Shown here in pieces: positions 59,349-64,000 of a stretch of 64,000 nucleotides of DNA. Made by a program: the position numbers and the translations under genes. Below the pieces are notes generated by a model that was not told the DNA's origin, ran no database searches, and saw only the letters and a program-made list of their open reading frames with translations. The stretch's first letter is position 1; each line of letters begins with the position of its first letter. This DNA comes from Ignavibacteriota bacterium (GTDB lineage Bacteria; Bacteroidota; Ignavibacteria; Palsa-1295), in assembly GCA_963776895.1 (NCBI GenBank), contig CAVZOL010000004.1, positions 128,402-192,401 on the forward strand. Direction: 5' to 3'.

Positions 59349-61571
59349 CTAAAAACGGATCACCTCCCCGGTGGCAAGCGATTCCCTAATGGCAAACGTA
59401 ACGAGTGTCGTGGCAAGCAATGAATCGAACGGGATCGGGCCTTCCTGACCACCAGCATGATCGCTCATGCTTCCTGCCCCCACCTTGAAAAGGAAGGGGT
59501 TCAATGACGCAAGAAATGCCTTTACTTCCTCTGCATGGCCTTTTCCCGCACCTTTTTCGATGCGAGGCTTACTATTGTTCGTCCAGAATTCGAGTTCAAT
59601 AAAATTTTTCAAGATCGCAGTGCGGCCATTCGAGAACACTTGCAACTCTTCTTTGGGAAGTATCTTACTCCCGTTCGCAAGATACAATATCTCCGCAACG
59701 CTCCCATCTTCATATTCTACCGTGATCGAAACCGTATCGCGATCGACCGAATCCGCGCGTCCGCTGGAAATAGATTTTGCATAGACACTCCTGGGCATTG
59801 TATCGCCGGTAAGATATGCTGCGGTATCAATAAAGTGGCAAACCTCACCGATGATGCGCCCGCCGCCATCTTCTTCGTCCTGCGTCCAATGGGAACGCGG
59901 TAACGGACCGGCATTCACACGATAGAGCATCATCTTCGGCGAGATAGATGAATTATCATTCCCGTCGAAAAACGCTTTCATCTTTGTCATGAGCGGTGCA
60001 AACCGGCGATTAAAACCAACTAAGAATTTAACGCCAGTTGCGGCATGTGCATCTTCATAAGCTTTCGCGACCATCGCAAGCTGTTCGTGGTCGATCGCCA
60101 TGGGCTTTTCAACAAAAACATGCTTACCGGCTCGCAGTGCCTCTGCGGCAAGCTGAGCATGTTCGCCATGCCGTGTAGCGATAAAGATCGTGTTTATGTC
60201 ACTTGCAGAAATGATGTCGCTTGCATTTGTGGTGGTACGTTCAAAATTGAACTTGCTTTTCGCATCCTCCGCGCTGGCTCCCGATTGATTTGCAACGGCA
60301 ACAAGCTTGGCATTCTCCTTCAGCGTAGGCAAAAGAAATCCCTGCGCGAAGTTCCCAGCACCAATGAATCCAACTCTAATTTCACCAGATGCACTGGAAG
60401 GAGCAGCGTGTTCCTTCGTAATTCGTAATTCGTAATTCGTAATTGGAAGAGGATACGTCAGCACCATCCCCAAATACCGCTCTTTGCGTTCGCCGGCGAT
60501 GATGGAATAGGCCTCTTCCGCGCGCTCGATGGGGAACGTATGCGTGGTGATCGCTTTGGTATCGATCTTTTTCTCGCCAAGCAGGCGCGCAAATTCCTGC
60601 ATGTTGCGCCGCTCCGTCCAGCGGACGTATCCGATGGGATAATCCTGTCCGTGCTCTTCGTAGCTGACATCGTAGCGGCCGGGGCCATAGGAGCGAGAGA
60701 GCCGGAACTCTAATTCTTTTCCGAAATAGACATCGCGCGGCAAGTTCATTTCGCTCACGCCGACCATAATAATACGCGCGCGGTCGCGAGCGATCTCCGC
60801 AGAAAACGTGATAGGGTCGTTCGAACTTGTGGCAGCGCAGATTATGACTGCATCAGCGCCAAACCCTTGCGTAAGCGAGCGAATGGCTTCTGTAAGCCCC
60901 TCCTGATTTCGGTTAAAGGCATACGTTGCAGTGGACTGGCGAGCAATTTCGACATGATGATCGTCAAGATCAACTCCTATCGTTACGCATCCTGCGGCTT
61001 TTGCAATGGCACACGCAAGCTGGCCGACGAGTCCCAGCCCGATCACGACGACGGACTCACCAAAGGTTACATTTGCTTGCCTGAGACCCTGCATCGCAAT
61101 GGCGCCAAGGGTTGTAAAACACGCTTCTTCAAAGGAAACAGTATCGGGAATCTTTACACAAAGATTCCGGAGCACACTCACCACTTCGGAGTGGTACGCT
61201 CCCTGCCCACCGCATGCCACGCGGTCGCCGGGTTTCAGATCGTCAACATCCTCGCTTACAGCGATCACTTCACCGGCGCAGGAATATCCGAGCGGCCCGG
61301 GGGTATCGAGCTTTCGGCTCACGCGCTGCCAGGTTGACCAAAAGCCTTGCTGTTTTACTTCGGCGAGAACTTTCTTTACGTCTTCCGGGCGTTTTCGCGC
61401 TTTTTCGAGGAGCGATGCACGCGCGAGATCGACCTTCATCTTTTCCGTACCGGCGGAAATGAGGCTTGCATGCACGCGCACGATCACGCCGGCGCGTTTC
61501 GGTTCGGTCGGCGCAGGCACGTCACTAATGGCAATCGCGCCCGAGCGCATGGATTGGAGTAGTTGCTTCAA
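59349..61571 (-). CDS. Bi-domain oxidoreductase (Zn-ADH-like + Gfo/Idh/MocA), typical of polysaccharide loci
   Basis: SLISAGTE, GLGLVGQL, SYGPGRYD..YEE.G.DYPIGYVRWTE.RN, GFIGAGNFA, EKP, GFNRRFAP and GGRIIGEVCHFID; TTG start overlaps the mazF stop. Confidence 0.92.
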   Translation of the reverse strand: MKQLLQSMRSGAIAISDVPAPTEPKRAGVIVRVHASLISAGTEKMKVDLARASLLEKARKRPEDVKKVLAEVKQQGFWSTWQRVSRKLDTPGPLGYSCAGEVIAVSEDVDDLKPGDRVACGGQGAYHSEVVSVLRNLCVKIPDTVSFEEACFTTLGAIAMQGLRQANVTFGESVVVIGLGLVGQLACAIAKAAGCVTIGVDLDDHHVEIARQSTATYAFNRNQEGLTEAIRSLTQGFGADAVIICAATSSNDPITFSAEIARDRARIIMVGVSEMNLPRDVYFGKELEFRLSRSYGPGRYDVSYEEHGQDYPIGYVRWTERRNMQEFARLLGEKKIDTKAITTHTFPIERAEEAYSIIAGERKERYLGMVLTYPLPITNYELRITKEHAAPSSASGEIRVGFIGAGNFAQGFLLPTLKENAKLVAVANQSGASAEDAKSKFNFERTTTNASDIISASDINTIFIATRHGEHAQLAAEALRAGKHVFVEKPMAIDHEQLAMVAKAYEDAHAATGVKFLVGFNRRFAPLMTKMKAFFDGNDNSSISPKMMLYRVNAGPLPRSHWTQDEEDGGGRIIGEVCHFIDTAAYLTGDTMPRSVYAKSISSGRADSVDRDTVSITVEYEDGSVAEILYLANGSKILPKEELQVFSNGRTAILKNFIELEFWTNNSKPRIEKGAGKGHAEEVKAFLASLNPFLFKVGAGSMSDHAGGQEGPIPFDSLLATTLVTFAIRESLATGEVIRF
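60415..60442. repeat. (TTCGTAA)x4 heptamer array inside the oxidoreductase linker
   Basis: Four perfect units, translated as ITNYELRITK. Confidence 0.9.
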
Positions 61572-61918
61572 GTGACTAAGGTATTGAACTTGGCAAGGCA
61601 ATGTTTCACTGTATCGTCTTCGACTCTGCAAATAAAATCGACCTTCCGGGCAAACCAATCGTAACTTTTGATCTGATCCGTTAAGACCGCTCCCTGCACA
61701 CGGAGGTCCTGTGGTAAAACATATTCGAACGTATATCCTTTCACCTTAGAGGTGATAGGAAAGCACACAAGCAACCCAACTCGTCCATTGTATTTTGCAG
61801 GTGAAAGAACAAGCGCAGGTCTGCGCCCTCCTTGCTCACGACCAAGCTGAGGGTTACAATCGATCCAGACGATATCGCCCCGGTCAGGAATATATGGAAT
61901 CGGGGCTGCCAAATTCAT
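61568..61918 (-). CDS. mazF: MazF/PemK endoribonuclease toxin
   Basis: YIPDRGDIVWID.NPQLGREQGGRRPALVLSP..YN, PITSKVKGY and DQIKSYDW. Confidence 0.95.
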   Translation of the reverse strand: MNLAAPIPYIPDRGDIVWIDCNPQLGREQGGRRPALVLSPAKYNGRVGLLVCFPITSKVKGYTFEYVLPQDLRVQGAVLTDQIKSYDWFARKVDFICRVEDDTVKHCLAKFNTLVT

Positions 61919-62147
61919 TACCGACCGGTGGGCCGAAATCTATTTCCCTGTGCTTATTCTCCTCGGTTACTCCGGCAAGGAGCTCATCGAGCGAATAGTG
62001 GTATTTCTCTTCTTTCTCGATCACGAGTTTCCCTTGCTTGTTCGAAATTTGAATTTTCGAGCCTTCTCGAAGGCGCACATCTTTGGCCAGCGCGCTGGGT
62101 ATTCGAATCGCCAGGCTATTGCCCCATTTTTGAACTTTGAGTGTCAT
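61884..62147 (-). CDS. mazE: MazE antitoxin
   Basis: KVQKWGNSLAIRIP...YSLDELLAGVT..N.H.EIDFG..VGNE. Confidence 0.95.
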   Translation of the reverse strand: MTLKVQKWGNSLAIRIPSALAKDVRLREGSKIQISNKQGKLVIEKEEKYHYSLDELLAGVTEENKHREIDFGPPVGNEFGSPDSIYS

Positions 62148-62200
62148 AACAATTGTAGAAACATTGTATAACTACTCCGGTTCCGGGCAATCGTTGGTGG

Positions 62201-63235
62201 CTAATGATTGATGACGAGATAATTGATAGCCGAAACCGCCCCGGGGCCGATCCCCATGATCTCCGTCGAACTGACAGTGAACGTCCCGGCGCTTTGGGAT
62301 ATGATCGTAAGAGGAGAGGAAGAAGCTGCCGGTTGAACGGGAGTAATGATGATCGTGCTATTAGCACTGACCAGCGTATTGAAGATTTGTAGTGAGGATC
62401 CGGTCGTAAGGGGAACCGAAACCTTGTCTGCCCAATAGGTTTGCGGGGAACCGGAGTTTAAGCCGGACCCATCCAGCGTGCCGCCGGGATTGTTCGCGCC
62501 GATACCGCCCCGAACGAGCAGCGCTTCATTGCCATTGGCCTCGGAATCCAATACGGTGAAAGAAACGGTGCTGAGCGAGTCACTCCCAACGACATTCGAT
62601 GCTCCGACGGTAATCCCGTTCAATCCCGGAGTGATCGTGATATCGGAGCCAGCCCAAATATTGAAATTGCCGGTTGTGTTCGGCGCGATCTCATTAATTT
62701 GCGTGATGTCCGGCGTGCCAAGCAGGCTGTTCGGAATAAGTGGAAGGAATCCTGGGTCGAGCTTCGCCGTGCCTGTGTATCCCGTGCCGATGGGAACCGG
62801 GAAAAGATCGCCGGCAACCGGTACCGCCGAGGCCGAAATGCCGTTTACGGTGCCAGCATTGAGTGCATAGGGCGCATCCCAAAGTGGCATGGGAGCAAGT
62901 GTGGTCGTATTGCCCGCGGTGGTTACTACCATCGTCAGGAAGTACTGCTCGTTGAACGTCATCGTTGTTGGGAATGGAGTTGAGCCACCGATGAGTATAT
63001 CGAATATTCCATTCGTGACCACAACATTTTGAAGCGTTTCGAGATAGAGCACGCTCCCACCTTTGTCGCTTAGGCTTACAGCGAGTGTAGCCATTCCATT
63101 AACAGGAACACCGTTATCCTCTATCACGCCCTGATACGTAAAACCCTGGGGCACCTGCGCCTGTGCCGATGGCGCGGAAAACATCATTGCCGCGCCAAGC
63201 GCGATACTACTAAGCCATACACGAAGAGATTTCAT
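62201..63235 (-). CDS. Secreted fibre/adhesin-like hypothetical protein, copy 1
   Basis: Signal peptide, QVPQGFTYQG N-terminal module, APYALNA, G/T/S-rich body and C-terminal INYLVINH. Confidence 0.75.
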   Translation of the reverse strand: MKSLRVWLSSIALGAAMMFSAPSAQAQVPQGFTYQGVIEDNGVPVNGMATLAVSLSDKGGSVLYLETLQNVVVTNGIFDILIGGSTPFPTTMTFNEQYFLTMVVTTAGNTTTLAPMPLWDAPYALNAGTVNGISASAVPVAGDLFPVPIGTGYTGTAKLDPGFLPLIPNSLLGTPDITQINEIAPNTTGNFNIWAGSDITITPGLNGITVGASNVVGSDSLSTVSFTVLDSEANGNEALLVRGGIGANNPGGTLDGSGLNSGSPQTYWADKVSVPLTTGSSLQIFNTLVSANSTIIITPVQPAASSSPLTIISQSAGTFTVSSTEIMGIGPGAVSAINYLVINH

Positions 63236-63296
63236 AAAATGCCTCCTAAAATGAACTATTGGAACGAGTTCAAATTACAGATAAGTTCACTCTGTT

Positions 63297-64000
63297 TTAG
63301 TGGTTCACTACCATGTAATTCAAAGCCGTCAATGTGCCGCCTCCGCTTGTGCCCATGGTGTTTGTCGAACTCACAGTGAACGTTCCGGAGCTTTGCGTGG
63401 TAATGCTGAGCTGATTCGAAGCCGCTATTAACTCAATCGGTGTGAGCACGATCGAGCTATTGGCACTTACGAGTGAATTATAGACTTGAAGCGATGTCCC
63501 AGTCACTGATGGTACAGAAACCTGATCAGCAAAGAATGTTTGGGGCGACCCAGCGGTAAGACCACTCCCATCGGCCGCTCTCATTGCATTGTTTGCGCCG
63601 ATTCCCCCATTTACAAGCAGTGCTTCGTTGCCGCTAGTTTCTGCGTTTTGCACCGTAAGCGCAACTGCGCTGTTTGAACTGCTCCCAACATCAGACACGC
63701 TGATGGTCATAGTATTCGTTCCGGGCGTCATCGTTATTCCATTGCCGGCTTGAATCTGAAAGTTGCCGCTGGAATTCGGGTCTATGCCGTTAATGGTTTG
63801 AATCATTGGCATTTGAAGCATACCGCTCGAAATGGAGGGAAGAAATGCGGGATCGAGCTTTACTTTGCCCGTATAACCCGTTCCGATGGGAACCGGAAAG
63901 AGATCGCCGCTTACGGGTACAAAGGAAGCCGAGATGCCCTTCACGGTGCCACAATTGATCGCATACGGCGATGACCAAAGAGCAGTCTGAAGGGTGTTTT
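63297..64000 (-). CDS. Paralog of the preceding protein (5' end outside the window; indel near 63950)
   Basis: Shared GDLFPVPIGTGYTG, GNEALLV.GGIGANN, SPQT..AD.VSVP and NY.V.NH blocks. Confidence 0.8.
   Translation of the reverse strand, partial: NTLQTALWSSPYAINCGTVKGISASFVPVSGDLFPVPIGTGYTGKVKLDPAFLPSISSGMLQMPMIQTINGIDPNSSGNFQIQAGNGITMTPGTNTMTISVSDVGSSSNSAVALTVQNAETSGNEALLVNGGIGANNAMRAADGSGLTAGSPQTFFADQVSVPSVTGTSLQVYNSLVSANSSIVLTPIELIAASNQLSITTQSSGTFTVSSTNTMGTSGGGTLTALNYMVVNH

Overview
A 64-kb chromosomal segment from an FCB-group bacterium. Several secreted proteins end in type IX secretion C-terminal domains and there are repeated ASH/Ig-like modules, which suggests a Kapabacteria/Ignavibacteria-like lineage (inference). 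The core content is mtnN, lgt, gap, nth, thyX, mlaEF, a YfhO-like GT-C protein, leucine dehydrogenase, a complete 12-gene alternative complex III (actABCDEFG) + SCO + A2-type caa3 oxidase operon, dps, B12-dependent nrdJ, tandem GT-C glycosyltransferases and a bi-domain oxidoreductase. Accessory content is four type II toxin-antitoxin pairs (vapBC, YafQ/RelE-type, hicBA, mazEF) and an AT-rich EVE-HNH + DUF5677-like two-gene cassette. Many conserved genes carry 1-2 nt indels (especially 6.4-9.6 kb, 14-17 kb and 29-31.5 kb), most simply explained as long-read consensus errors. The least explained structure is non-coding. (1) A mosaic at 43.0-45.3 kb holds two copies of a REP-like hairpin fused to a 5' fragment of a tRNA with a UAU (Ile) anticodon, a 35-bp block exactly 23 nt upstream of two unrelated antitoxins, and a 71-bp copy of a neighbouring gene start. 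No integrase is present. (2) A perfect REP doublet is inserted in frame inside mtnN, and further repeat-derived insertions lie inside another enzyme. (3) Arrays of a 16-bp palindrome with an 18-bp period lie upstream of both the ACIII operon and nrdJ. (4) A family of branched palindromic elements shows compensatory base changes. No CRISPR array, rRNA, intact tRNA or transposase was seen. All family assignments come from motif recognition, not database searches.
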